From an uncultured Candidatus Saccharibacteria bacterium (GTDB lineage Bacteria > Patescibacteriota > Saccharimonadia > Saccharimonadales > Saccharimonadaceae), in contig CALIAC010000011.1 of NCBI GenBank assembly GCA_938041555.1, forward strand, positions 18,466-82,465: 64,000 nucleotides of DNA, read 5' to 3'. The notes beneath the pieces were generated by a model, which saw only the letters and a program-made list of their open reading frames with translations, had not been told where the DNA came from and made no database searches. Positions within the stretch are counted from its first letter, which is position 1. Every line of letters starts with the position of its first letter. This document shows positions 45,801 to 54,869 of the stretch, piece after piece. The position numbers and the translations under genes were made by a program.

Positions 45801-47417
45801 TTACGCCTTACCCTTCTGCATCCGTTTCTGCCGCTTGAGCGCCGCCTGCACTAAACCAGCAAAGAGCGGGTGGGCCCGGAATGGCCGCGAGGTAAACTCT
45901 GGGTGAGCCTGAGTCGCAACGAAGTAGTCGCAGGTCGGTGCCTCGACGAACTCGACCAGCCTGCCATCGGGTGACGTACCCGACACCACTACCCCACCCG
46001 CGTTAATAGCAGCAAGATGCGCTTGATTCACCTCATAGCGGTGGCGGTGACGCTCCACAACCTCTGTTGTCCCATATACCTTAGCGGTACGTGAGCCAGC
46101 CTGCAGCACCGCTGGGTAATTGCCCAGGCGCATCGTCCCGCCGGTCGATTGCTTGCCCTGCTGGTCAGGCATAAGGTAGATGACGGCATTATCTGGCGCA
46201 GCGCCACACTCCGCACTGCCAGCCTGGGCCAGACCACCGCGGCGGGCAGCGGCAATCACTGCGACCTGCATCCCCAGGCATATACCAAGATACGGTATGT
46301 TGTGCTGTAAGCAGTAACTCGCCGCCGCAATCTTCCCTTCTACCCCGCGCTTGCCAAAGCCGCCAGGCACCACCACAGCATCCACAGCGCTGAGCGCTGC
46401 GTCGGTCACTGTCTCGGCATTGATCCATTGGATCGTCACCTCACTGCGGTGCGCCCAGGCAGCTGCTTTGAGCGCCTCGGTGATGGAAAGATAGGTATCG
46501 GCATTATCAACATATTTCGCCACGAGGCCAATCGTCAGTCGCTGGCGGTAGGTCTGGCTATCGTGCCGGACGAGCTGCTGCCAGCGCGTCATATCTGGTA
46601 CCGTCATATTGCCAGTAAAGCTCGCCAGCACCGGACCCAATTCGCGCGCTACCATCAGGGGTACCTTGTAGACCGTATCGACATTCGGCATCATAATGAT
46701 CCCCTCTGGCCACACCCCACTGGCAATGGCAATCTTATCCGCCACGCCACGCGGTGGCGCAATACTGCCCTCGGTGCGAACTGCCACCACATCGGGCATA
46801 ATACCAAAGCCACGCAGGTCGGCCATAGCATTCTGGGCTGGCTTCGTCTTGTACTCCTGGCTCGTTGCAAGAAACGGCACATACACCACATGAACGAAGA
46901 GACAGTGCTCGCGCCCCACCTCTAATGAGAACTCGCGGATTGCCTCGACAAAACTTAGCCCCTCATAATCTCCCACCGTGCCGCCAATCTCCACAATATG
47001 CACCTGCCCTGCCGCCGCCTGGTGGATGGCTCGCTTGATCGCTTGGGTAAGGTGCGGCACCAGCTGCACCGTCTGGCCGCCAAATTTCCCAGCCCTCTCA
47101 TCGGCGATCAAATCACGCAGCAGCCGCCCCGCCAGTGTAGCATTGCGCTGGGTCAGCTCAAGATCTAAAAAACGCTCGTAGTGGCCAAGGTCAAGGTCGG
47201 TCTCCGCCCCATCTTTGGTCACGAAGCACTCGCCATGCTCCTTGGGGTTAAGCAGCCCAGCATCGACGTTGAGGTACGGGTCGCACTTTTGCACCGAGAC
47301 AGATAAGCCCTTAGCCTGCAGCACCGCGCCAATGCTGGCCGCCGTGATGCCCTTACCCACCCCAGAGAGTACCCCACCGGTGACAAAAATATACTTTGGT
47401 TGGTGTGTCTGTGTCAT
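45801..47417 (-). CDS. pyrG: CTP synthase
   Basis: Start at ATG 47417 (SD GGGAGA). 'KYIFVTGGVLSGVGKGI' and the glutaminase Cys motif 'GICLGMQ'. Confidence 0.95.
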   Translation of the reverse strand: MTQTHQPKYIFVTGGVLSGVGKGITAASIGAVLQAKGLSVSVQKCDPYLNVDAGLLNPKEHGECFVTKDGAETDLDLGHYERFLDLELTQRNATLAGRLLRDLIADERAGKFGGQTVQLVPHLTQAIKRAIHQAAAGQVHIVEIGGTVGDYEGLSFVEAIREFSLEVGREHCLFVHVVYVPFLATSQEYKTKPAQNAMADLRGFGIMPDVVAVRTEGSIAPPRGVADKIAIASGVWPEGIIMMPNVDTVYKVPLMVARELGPVLASFTGNMTVPDMTRWQQLVRHDSQTYRQRLTIGLVAKYVDNADTYLSITEALKAAAWAHRSEVTIQWINAETVTDAALSAVDAVVVPGGFGKRGVEGKIAAASYCLQHNIPYLGICLGMQVAVIAAARRGGLAQAGSAECGAAPDNAVIYLMPDQQGKQSTGGTMRLGNYPAVLQAGSRTAKVYGTTEVVERHRHRYEVNQAHLAAINAGGVVVSGTSPDGRLVEFVEAPTCDYFVATQAHPEFTSRPFRAHPLFAGLVQAALKRQKRMQKGKA

Positions 47418-47471
47418 ACAATCTCCCTCTCGCGTTCTATTGTAGCATGTATCCATAAGCAGTATACTAGC

Positions 47472-47494
47472 AAAAAACCAGCCCTATCGCTGGT
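47472..47494 (-). terminator. rho-independent terminator after 47522..47752
   Basis: Stem ACCAGC/GCTGGT with a 6-nt loop, then TTTTT on the minus strand. Confidence 0.6.
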
Positions 47495-47521
47495 CTTTTG
47501 CCGGTTATTGATACGCGCCAC

Positions 47522-47752
47522 CTATTGGCAGCCCTCGCACATGGTTAGCTCCGCTGGATCTGGCATAATAACAGGAGTGCCACTCGCCGCTGCTTGGTCG
47601 ACGGCAACCTGCTGAGCAGCCAGCAGTGCCTGCTCGATAGCGTCGAGCTTTTCCTCGAGCGTCATGTCGTCCGTCAGCTGAGGCTTGCTAGTCTGCGCCT
47701 GCGTGGTTGCTGGATCGGTTGTTGGTGATGTCGTTTGTGTCGTCTGCGTCAT
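47522..47752 (-). CDS. small hypothetical protein ending in C-x-x-C
   Basis: 76 aa with an ATG start and its own terminator. It has a T/Q-rich N-terminus, a central amphipathic helix and the C-terminus ...AELTMCEGCQ. Confidence 0.45.
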   Translation of the reverse strand: MTQTTQTTSPTTDPATTQAQTSKPQLTDDMTLEEKLDAIEQALLAAQQVAVDQAAASGTPVIMPDPAELTMCEGCQ

Positions 47753-47810
47753 ATATTATTCGCTACCCGTTTTTTAGTTATAGTGTCTATTGTACGCTAT
47801 ATATAGCGTT

Positions 47811-48206
47811 TTATGCAAGGTAATGCACCCAATTTTCTGTTGTGGAATTATCATCCAGCTGGCCAATCGGTGCGACATACCACTGCGGCTGAGCACACTG
47901 CGGGCGAAAATTTCCCAGCTTAGCCGTATATGCCTCGGTAATAGCCGCGACCTCACCCTCGCGGGCTTCGCGCACCGTAGTGTGGAGGTAAACGGCCTGC
48001 TTCGCGTCATTCCACACCACAAACTCTGCCCGTCCAGTGCGAAAAGCGTTGTGCGAGTGGCGCGCCTCACGATCAGACAGCCAGGCAATCATATCCCCCA
48101 CCCGCACAAAGTGCAGTGGCGTCACCAGCGGCGTGCGGTCGCGATTCACCGTAGCCAGCGCACCAACTGGGATTGTATCGAGGATGTTTTGCGTCAGGGT
48201 ATTCAT
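47811..48206 (-). CDS. pyridoxamine 5'-phosphate oxidase-family (FMN-binding split-barrel) protein
   Basis: 131 aa. 'IPVGALATVNRDRTPLVTPLHF' is typical of the PNPOx-like fold. SD is AAGGAA. Confidence 0.7.
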   Translation of the reverse strand: MNTLTQNILDTIPVGALATVNRDRTPLVTPLHFVRVGDMIAWLSDREARHSHNAFRTGRAEFVVWNDAKQAVYLHTTVREAREGEVAAITEAYTAKLGNFRPQCAQPQWYVAPIGQLDDNSTTENWVHYLA

Positions 48207-48430
48207 GATGGCTATATTCCTTTCGTATCTAATGTGCGAATATTATTTATTGCATCAGCGAGCCGCTCTCACTCCATTGCCAGACAAGAAAATATCTGGA
48301 GGCCAGCGACCAAGCAGGCGGAAAAGCTCTGTTGCATATTCTGGCCGGAACATTTTCGGTCTGGTGATGGAGCGAGAGCTCCCATAAGACTGGTAGACTA
48401 GTAAGATTGTTCTGTTCTTGCCAATATCTA

Positions 48431-49408
48431 CTACTTCGTCGTATTCACCTCATAACTCGTATTGGTGCTCTCGAAGAAGTTCACTAGCTCCAGCGTGTCG
48501 TTGGCAGCGGCCATCCACTTGGCCGGGTTGGTCACGTTATACTCTGGCTCAAAGCCCAGCTCTTCCAGCCGCCGGTCGGTCATATACATCACGTATTGGT
48601 TGACGTAGTCGGCGTTTAGGCCTAGAATGCCGCGCGGTAGCATGTCTTTGTTATACGCCTTTTCGAGCTCAACGGCTTCCAGGATCAGGCTGCGAATTTC
48701 ATCGGCAAATTCCTCGGTCTGCAAATCCGGGTTTTCATGCAGAATCGTTAGCAGTAGGTTAATGCCAAACTCCAGGTGCAGGTTTTCATCCTTCGTCACC
48801 CAGTCCAGCAGCGTGCCAACATTGCGCAGCAGGTTGCGGCGGCGGAAGCTCATCCCCACCATAAAGCCGCTATAGAACCAAATCCCTTCCAGCACGATGT
48901 TATACGCCACCAGATTACGTACAAAGTCCTTCTTGCCCTCCAGCGTCGTCACATCCGGGCGCTCTTCCATCATGCGCGTGACGTATTTGGTCTGGAAGGC
49001 AGCTTTATCTGCCAGGGATTTTTTGCCCCAGCCAGCGGCATAAATTTCCTCGCGGTCAAACGGGAAAGTCTCGATAATATATTCGAAGGTCATAAAGTGG
49101 TTGGCCTCTTCCCACATCTGCTTCGAAAGATACAGGTGGCACTCGGCGGCGTTGACGCAGGGGTAAATGCCAAAAGCCAGCGATTTATTAATCAGCAGCT
49201 CGTTAGGATTAAGGTAGCTAATCACCGTCTTGAGGGCGTGCTTTTCGTCCTCGCTCAATTTCTCAAAATCCGCCAAATCCTGGCTTAGCTGCACCTCATT
49301 CGGGAACCACGTGTTGGCCACCGCTTGGTTGTATAGGCGGTACGCCCAGTCATAGCGCACCGGCTTGAGCTGCAAGCCATCGCGTACGCCTGATCCTAGA
49401 ATGCCCAT
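48431..49408 (-). CDS. nrdB: ribonucleotide reductase class Ia beta subunit
   Basis: 325 aa. Di-iron/tyrosyl motifs are visible ('MWEEANHFMTFEYI', 'VLEGIWFYSGF', 'KDENLHLEFG'). SD is AAGGAGG. Confidence 0.9.
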   Translation of the reverse strand: MGILGSGVRDGLQLKPVRYDWAYRLYNQAVANTWFPNEVQLSQDLADFEKLSEDEKHALKTVISYLNPNELLINKSLAFGIYPCVNAAECHLYLSKQMWEEANHFMTFEYIIETFPFDREEIYAAGWGKKSLADKAAFQTKYVTRMMEERPDVTTLEGKKDFVRNLVAYNIVLEGIWFYSGFMVGMSFRRRNLLRNVGTLLDWVTKDENLHLEFGINLLLTILHENPDLQTEEFADEIRSLILEAVELEKAYNKDMLPRGILGLNADYVNQYVMYMTDRRLEELGFEPEYNVTNPAKWMAAANDTLELVNFFESTNTSYEVNTTK

Positions 49409-49460
49409 TATTACCTCCTTGTTTTTGTAAAAAACGAATTAATTATTATATTGTCTAGGC

Positions 49461-49769
49461 TTATATTTCTGGTTCCATATCTGCTGGGTGACGCCGTTTA
49501 ACCGCAGAGTTGCTATTTTGCTGGCGCGAGCTCTCGGACGCCTCTGGCACTGGGAAGAGTGGTGGGTCCACACCAGCATCAAGTACATCTTGTATATAAT
49601 GTATTGACGCTGCGCTATCTCCTTCTGCAACTGCTACAATGCCGATAGTGTGCTGGATACTATCTGGTGCAGGCTCCAGTCGCTGCTTTTCATCAACTGA
49701 CAGTTCTGCATTTCGATGACCCGTTGAGTCCACCCTTATCTTTGGCGTGTCGCTATACTCGTGGCTCAC
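49461..49769 (-). CDS. small hypothetical ORF between nrdA and nrdB
   Basis: 102 aa. The GTG start overlaps the nrdA stop (GTGA). No Cys and no domain, so coding status is uncertain. Confidence 0.3.
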   Translation of the reverse strand: MSHEYSDTPKIRVDSTGHRNAELSVDEKQRLEPAPDSIQHTIGIVAVAEGDSAASIHYIQDVLDAGVDPPLFPVPEASESSRQQNSNSAVKRRHPADMEPEI

Positions 49770-52204
49770 GATTCCTTCTCCTTCCCCTCCTCCTGCTTCT
49801 TGCGTGCGCGGTAGAAGCCACCAAAGCCCACGCGCTTGGCGTCTTGGTGGAGTTTTTGCTCGGTTTTGTTAGCGCGAATGGAGACCTGCTCGGACTGATG
49901 GCGAGGCTTCACGTGCAAATAATACGTCGTTTTCAGGCCGCGGCGCCAGGCTTCGCTGTAGATCGTAATATACTCCTCGATATTGCGCGACTCTAAGTAC
50001 ATATTGCGGCTAATCGCTTGGTCGACCCACTTCTGAGCGCGGGCTGCCACCTCAATGAAGGCATACGGGCTCAGCTGAAAGCTCGTCTTATACACATCGC
50101 GCACCGCCTGAGGAATCTGCTCCATGTGCTGGATGTCGCCTTGGTTAGTAAGCAGCTCATCCTTAAGCTCCTCCCACAGGTCGAGTGCTTTGAGCTTGTG
50201 CACAAGGTTGGCATTAACCTCAAGGAATTTGCCATTGAGCGTGCTCCGGCTAAAGATTTGGCTAAATTGCGGGTCGATCCCTGGAGTGGTGCCCGTCACG
50301 TGCGAGATATTAGCGGTGGGCGCAATAGCCATAAGCGTGGCATTGCGCATGCCGCGCCTTACCTTGGGGCGCAGTGCCTCCCAGTCGAGGCGGCGAGTCG
50401 TATTGATTGCCACTGCCTCACCCCGCTGCGCGCCAAGCCGGTCGATCGTGTCGATAGGCAATTCCCCCTTGCTCCAGCCACTGCCCGCAAAGTTGGGGTA
50501 GCTACCGCGCGTCACTGCCAACTTGGCCGACTCATCAATAGCATAGTAGCTAATAAACTCCGCCAGCTGATCGATCAGCTCATACGCCGCCTCAGATTCA
50601 TAGCTCAGCTCGAGCTTCTCCAGCACATCGGCCAGGCCCATAAAGCCCAGGCCAATCGCCCGGTTTTGCAGATTGCTATTCATCGCTTCAGGGATGGGTG
50701 TTGTGGTAATGTCTACAAGGTTATCAAGCTGGCGCGTGGCCGAGCGCGTCGCCTGCTCGAGCCGTGGCCAATCCCACTCCCCAGTTGCGTCATCGAGGAA
50801 GGCGCTGAGGTTAATACTCACCAGATTGCACACCGCGATATTGTGCTCATCTTGCGGCAAAGTAATCTCTGTACAGAGGTTGCTGAGGTGAATAGTACCA
50901 GTGTTATTGTTAAGCGCCCGGAGGTTAATAGCATCCTTCCAGGTGAGCCACGGGTGGCCGGTCGCCTGCAAACTACTCAGAATTCTGTGGAATTGCTGGC
51001 GCGCAGGCAGCTTATCATAAGCGCGCAGCTTACCCGCTTCGGCCTGGGTAATGTAATACGCATACCGCTTAGCAAAAGCCGCGCCATACAGCTCGCTCAA
51101 GTCACTCACCTCAGCTGGGTCAAAGAGATACCAGTCTTCATCCGCCTGCACTCGGCGCATAAATTCATCACTAATAAACACCGCTGTGTCGAGGTAGCGT
51201 GTCCGCAAATACGGGTCGCCGGAGTTCGATCGCAGGTCGATGAATTCTCTAAAATCGATGTGCCAGTTCTCCATATACACCGCTGCTGCGCCCATCTTTT
51301 TGCCTTTGCGCGACACCGCAAACAGTGCCGTGTCGACCATCTTCATAAAGGGGATTGGCCCGGTACTTGTTGTGTTGGTTGTCTTGACGGGGCTACCCGC
51401 CGCCCGCAGCTTCGTAAAACTGACACCGATACCGCCTGTCCCTTTAGCAATCCACATCGTATCGCGCACACTCTTGGCAATCGACTCCATATCGTCCTGC
51501 ACTTCCATAACGAAGCAATTGCTCAGCTGCGGGAACAGCCCGCCAGCATTAACGCGAGTGCTACCGCCCGGGCTGTATTCGAGATTGGCCATGTGCTGAT
51601 AAAACTCGATAGCTGCCTCAGTCGGGTGCTCCTCGTTGTAACTCAGGCCCATGGCGATGCGCATAGTAGTAAACTGCGGCACTTCGAGCGGTTCGCCGTT
51701 TTGCTTGCGCAGGGCGTAGCGATTGCGGTTGGTCACCACACCAAGGTATTTGCTGAGTTTATCTTTGCTGGGGTCGAGTGCGGCAGCCAGGCGCTCGAGG
51801 TCAAAGATCGTCTCATCTTGCATGCGCGGGTCAAGCAAGCCATCGGCCACTGCCTGGCGAATATAGCGCGGAAAGGCCTCAGCGTGACGCTGGCGCAATT
51901 CTTCATCAGTGGTATATGCGCCCAGCAGATCGCGGTAGATCGTGCCCAGCAGCAGGCGCGCCGCAATCGTATCGTAGTCTGGGTCATCCTTAATATTCTG
52001 CACCACCGTCTGGATGAGCGTCTCCTCCAGCTGCTTGGTCGTCATCCCATCAAAGAGCGTTAGCTGCAGCTCACGAGCAATCTGCACGATCTTCTGCAAC
52101 GGATCGGCCAGCCCCTGGCTTGCTGCTAGCAACGTGGCATTTATCTTGGTTGTGTCAAATGGCTCGGTCGTGCCATCACGCTTGGTAATATGAATTGTCA
52201 TCAT
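49766..52204 (-). CDS. nrdA: ribonucleotide reductase class Ia alpha subunit with N-terminal ATP-cone
   Basis: Start at ATG 52204 or 52201. ATP-cone 'ITKRDGTTEPFDTTKI', active-site 'SNLCTEITLP', and C-terminal Tyr-Tyr 'KTTYYLHV'. Confidence 0.95.
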   Translation of the reverse strand: MMTIHITKRDGTTEPFDTTKINATLLAASQGLADPLQKIVQIARELQLTLFDGMTTKQLEETLIQTVVQNIKDDPDYDTIAARLLLGTIYRDLLGAYTTDEELRQRHAEAFPRYIRQAVADGLLDPRMQDETIFDLERLAAALDPSKDKLSKYLGVVTNRNRYALRKQNGEPLEVPQFTTMRIAMGLSYNEEHPTEAAIEFYQHMANLEYSPGGSTRVNAGGLFPQLSNCFVMEVQDDMESIAKSVRDTMWIAKGTGGIGVSFTKLRAAGSPVKTTNTTSTGPIPFMKMVDTALFAVSRKGKKMGAAAVYMENWHIDFREFIDLRSNSGDPYLRTRYLDTAVFISDEFMRRVQADEDWYLFDPAEVSDLSELYGAAFAKRYAYYITQAEAGKLRAYDKLPARQQFHRILSSLQATGHPWLTWKDAINLRALNNNTGTIHLSNLCTEITLPQDEHNIAVCNLVSINLSAFLDDATGEWDWPRLEQATRSATRQLDNLVDITTTPIPEAMNSNLQNRAIGLGFMGLADVLEKLELSYESEAAYELIDQLAEFISYYAIDESAKLAVTRGSYPNFAGSGWSKGELPIDTIDRLGAQRGEAVAINTTRRLDWEALRPKVRRGMRNATLMAIAPTANISHVTGTTPGIDPQFSQIFSRSTLNGKFLEVNANLVHKLKALDLWEELKDELLTNQGDIQHMEQIPQAVRDVYKTSFQLSPYAFIEVAARAQKWVDQAISRNMYLESRNIEEYITIYSEAWRRGLKTTYYLHVKPRHQSEQVSIRANKTEQKLHQDAKRVGFGGFYRARKKQEEGKEKES

Positions 52205-52571
52205 CCCTCCCCTTGGGCTCCTTACTATACGGTGCACAAAACCAGCCACCAGGGCACGCCTGGAGCCAAGCTGTATTGTTGTCTCTCCCGTGTTTATGTG
52301 TGCTCGCTATATATTTAGCGTCTGTATCCTACTATAGACGCCAGATGTGGTGCTTGGCAAGGGGTTTTGTGAAAACTACAACCGATTTTGCGATCGACCC
52401 CTGTCGGTGCTGACAGCACACTATAACAAGCACGCTCATGCTTTCGTATCCTCTCTAGGCTCACCCTCCCATTCCATTGGATAACGTAATAGGAAATGCG
52501 AGCGAACGCAGAAGTAGTAATCAACGTAGATAGTCAACGTTGGATAACACAATGTATCAGCTCTCACCCTA

Positions 52572-54035
52572 TCACCCCTGACGCTCAGACACCTCTCGGC
52601 ACTCCTGCCGGAGCCGCTCGAGAGGGGCATAATCATCATGGTACGGCGGCTGGCTGGCGAAGGGGGCTGGCTGATGAGAAGCGTCACCACCATACGTCGC
52701 CACGACATTAGTGTAATCCCAGCCATCTGCCCGCTCGTAGCGGAAGCTCCCCTGCCCCAATAGAGCAGCATACGGCGCATCCTGAGCAGCAAACAGTGGC
52801 TGGCAGGCTGGCTGGCGACTGGCAATCATATTAACCACCACGCGAGTATGTGGGTGGAGATGCCGCTTGAGTGCGGTAGCATACTCTTGTGTTGCCAGTG
52901 AGGCGGGTACATCACCGTCGTTATACACATCAACAAGGACGATATCGTACTGCTCGGTGCTGCGTTCAAGGAAGACACGCGCATCTTGGAAGATCGGCCG
53001 CACATTGGCTGGATCGCGATAATAAAAATACTGACGAGCAATCGGCACGAGCCCTGGATCAATCTCTACCACATCAATCTGGCTCTGCGGATAGCGCTGG
53101 GCAAGGAGGCGCGGCACCGTGAAGGTCCCACCACCCAGCACCAAAATGCGCTGGCGCTGCGGCGCGCGCTCCACCGCGTGCATCATCTGACGCGTATACC
53201 AAAATGGCAGCTGCTGCGGCTGCCCGACTACCACACCAGATTGCACACCAGCTGGGCCGCTGGCAATCCCGCGGATAATCGCGCCATCCTGCCGACGCCA
53301 TTGCTGGAGTGTGTAGTGCGCCGCGGCGGTATCGATCGTCTGCGCGGCCTGAGCCCGCACCACTGGTGCCACGCGATAGCCCAGCGCCAAGCCCACACAC
53401 AGCACGCTCACCACCACGCGCCACTGCCAGCGCTGGCCGGGCACCACCAGCCAGCTGGCCAGCACGAGCAGACTAATGAGTACCACCAGCACGTCGTGAA
53501 TCCCCAGCCAGCCAAACAGGAAAAACCCCGCCGCAAAGGTGCCAACGATCCCACCAATCGAATTCACCGCACTGAGTGACGCCACCGACCGCCCCGTTCG
53601 CGCTAGCGTCTCTGTCTGCCGCTCCACCAGGTAGGGACTCACTGCTCCCAGCACCAGGCTAGTCGGCGCAAAGAGCAAGCTTGCCGCCACCGTAGCTTGC
53701 AGGCGAATATCGATCGGTAGCTGGGCCACCCACCGCAGTATATCGTGGTATTGGCACAGCATTGTCAGCATCAGCAGCGCCGCACCAAGCAGCAGCCAGG
53801 CCACATCGCCATCACGCGAGCGTGCATCGGCTAGCACACCGCCCAGCCAGTATCCCAGGCTCATTGCCGCAATAATGACACCAATAATACTCGCCCACAC
53901 ATACGTCGACGCACCTACCACTGGCGACATCACTCGTGCTGCCACCAGCTCAAACACCATCACACAAAACCCCGCCACAAATGCAATCACCAAGCGTCGA
54001 TACGGCAGCGGCATTATCAGTCGTTTCAGTTTCAT
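52572..54035 (-). CDS. fused polytopic membrane domain / spermidine synthase-like methyltransferase-fold protein
   Basis: 487 aa. About 7 N-terminal TM helices are followed by 'ILVLGGGTFTVPRLLAQRYPQSQIDVVEIDPGLV', a spermidine-synthase-like SAM/dcSAM fold. Confidence 0.7.
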   Translation of the reverse strand: MKLKRLIMPLPYRRLVIAFVAGFCVMVFELVAARVMSPVVGASTYVWASIIGVIIAAMSLGYWLGGVLADARSRDGDVAWLLLGAALLMLTMLCQYHDILRWVAQLPIDIRLQATVAASLLFAPTSLVLGAVSPYLVERQTETLARTGRSVASLSAVNSIGGIVGTFAAGFFLFGWLGIHDVLVVLISLLVLASWLVVPGQRWQWRVVVSVLCVGLALGYRVAPVVRAQAAQTIDTAAAHYTLQQWRRQDGAIIRGIASGPAGVQSGVVVGQPQQLPFWYTRQMMHAVERAPQRQRILVLGGGTFTVPRLLAQRYPQSQIDVVEIDPGLVPIARQYFYYRDPANVRPIFQDARVFLERSTEQYDIVLVDVYNDGDVPASLATQEYATALKRHLHPHTRVVVNMIASRQPACQPLFAAQDAPYAALLGQGSFRYERADGWDYTNVVATYGGDASHQPAPFASQPPYHDDYAPLERLRQECREVSERQG

Positions 54036-54124
54036 AGGAGTATTGTAGCATGGTTGATGAGCTATGTTTTTTAATGTTATATCGCTTCTCTTTACATCGC
54101 ACCTCGATATGATATGATATTGTT

Positions 54125-54868
54125 ATGGAAGCAACAGATTCTATCATCACCGTCAGCCATTTTTCGATGAAATTTGGCAAGACCAGCGTCATCGACGACC
54201 TCAGTTTTGAGGTGAAACGCGGCGAGACGTTTGGTTTTTTGGGGAGCAACGGCTCGGGCAAGACCACCACGATCCGCTCACTCCTCGGTATTTATCAACC
54301 AACTGGTGGCGAGCTGCTCATCGATGGCACGCCATACTCCGTCTCGGGCGACGTCAAGCTTGGCTACCTACCAGAGGAGCGCGGCCTCTACAAGAAGGAG
54401 AGCGTCATCGACACGATGGTCTACTTTGGCCAGCTTAAGGGCCTGAGCCGCAGCGAAGCACGCAGCAAGTCGCTCGCCTTCCTCGAGCGAGTTGGCCTGG
54501 CCGACAAAGCCAAGACCCGCCTAGATAAGCTCAGTGGTGGCCAGCAGCAAAAGGTTCAGCTCGGCATCACCATCATCAACGACCCAGAGCTCATCATTCT
54601 CGACGAACCCACCAAGGGCTTCGACCCCGTCAACCGACGCTTACTGATGGAGATCATTGAGGAGCACCAAGCCAAGGGTGCCACAGTGGTAATGATCACC
54701 CACCAGATGGACGAAGTTGAGCGCTTGTGCGACCGCATCTTGCTGCTCAAAGACGGCGTGGCTCATGCCTATGGTACAGTAGACGAGGTACGCGCGCAGT
54801 TTGGCGGCAAATCGCTCGACGATATCTTCATCCAGGTCTATAGCCAGCCCAGCAAGGAGGACAACTAA
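54125..54868 (+). CDS. ABC transporter ATP-binding protein (ABC-2/NatA-like)
   Basis: Walker A 'GSNGSGKTT', signature 'LSGGQQQKVQLG', Walker B 'LIILDEPT'. Confidence 0.9.
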   Translation: MEATDSIITVSHFSMKFGKTSVIDDLSFEVKRGETFGFLGSNGSGKTTTIRSLLGIYQPTGGELLIDGTPYSVSGDVKLGYLPEERGLYKKESVIDTMVYFGQLKGLSRSEARSKSLAFLERVGLADKAKTRLDKLSGGQQQKVQLGITIINDPELIILDEPTKGFDPVNRRLLMEIIEEHQAKGATVVMITHQMDEVERLCDRILLLKDGVAHAYGTVDEVRAQFGGKSLDDIFIQVYSQPSKEDN

Positions 54869-54869
54869 T

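Noticed and set aside
50018-52063. 681-aa ORF on the plus strand
   Set aside because: It is antisense to nrdA. The minus-strand frame carries unmistakable class Ia RNR motifs (ATP-cone, NLCTEI), while the plus-strand product is Arg/Leu/His-rich with no motifs. It is a typical shadow ORF in GC-rich coding DNA.
52305-52320. NrdR box or cobalamin riboswitch upstream of nrdA
   Set aside because: The palindrome CGCTAAATATATAGCG has a 10-nt AT core and CGC/GCG flanks rather than the 16-bp ACAC..GTGT consensus. I found no second box at the expected ~31-bp spacing and no B12-box-like sequence. It is kept only as a low-confidence regulatory candidate.
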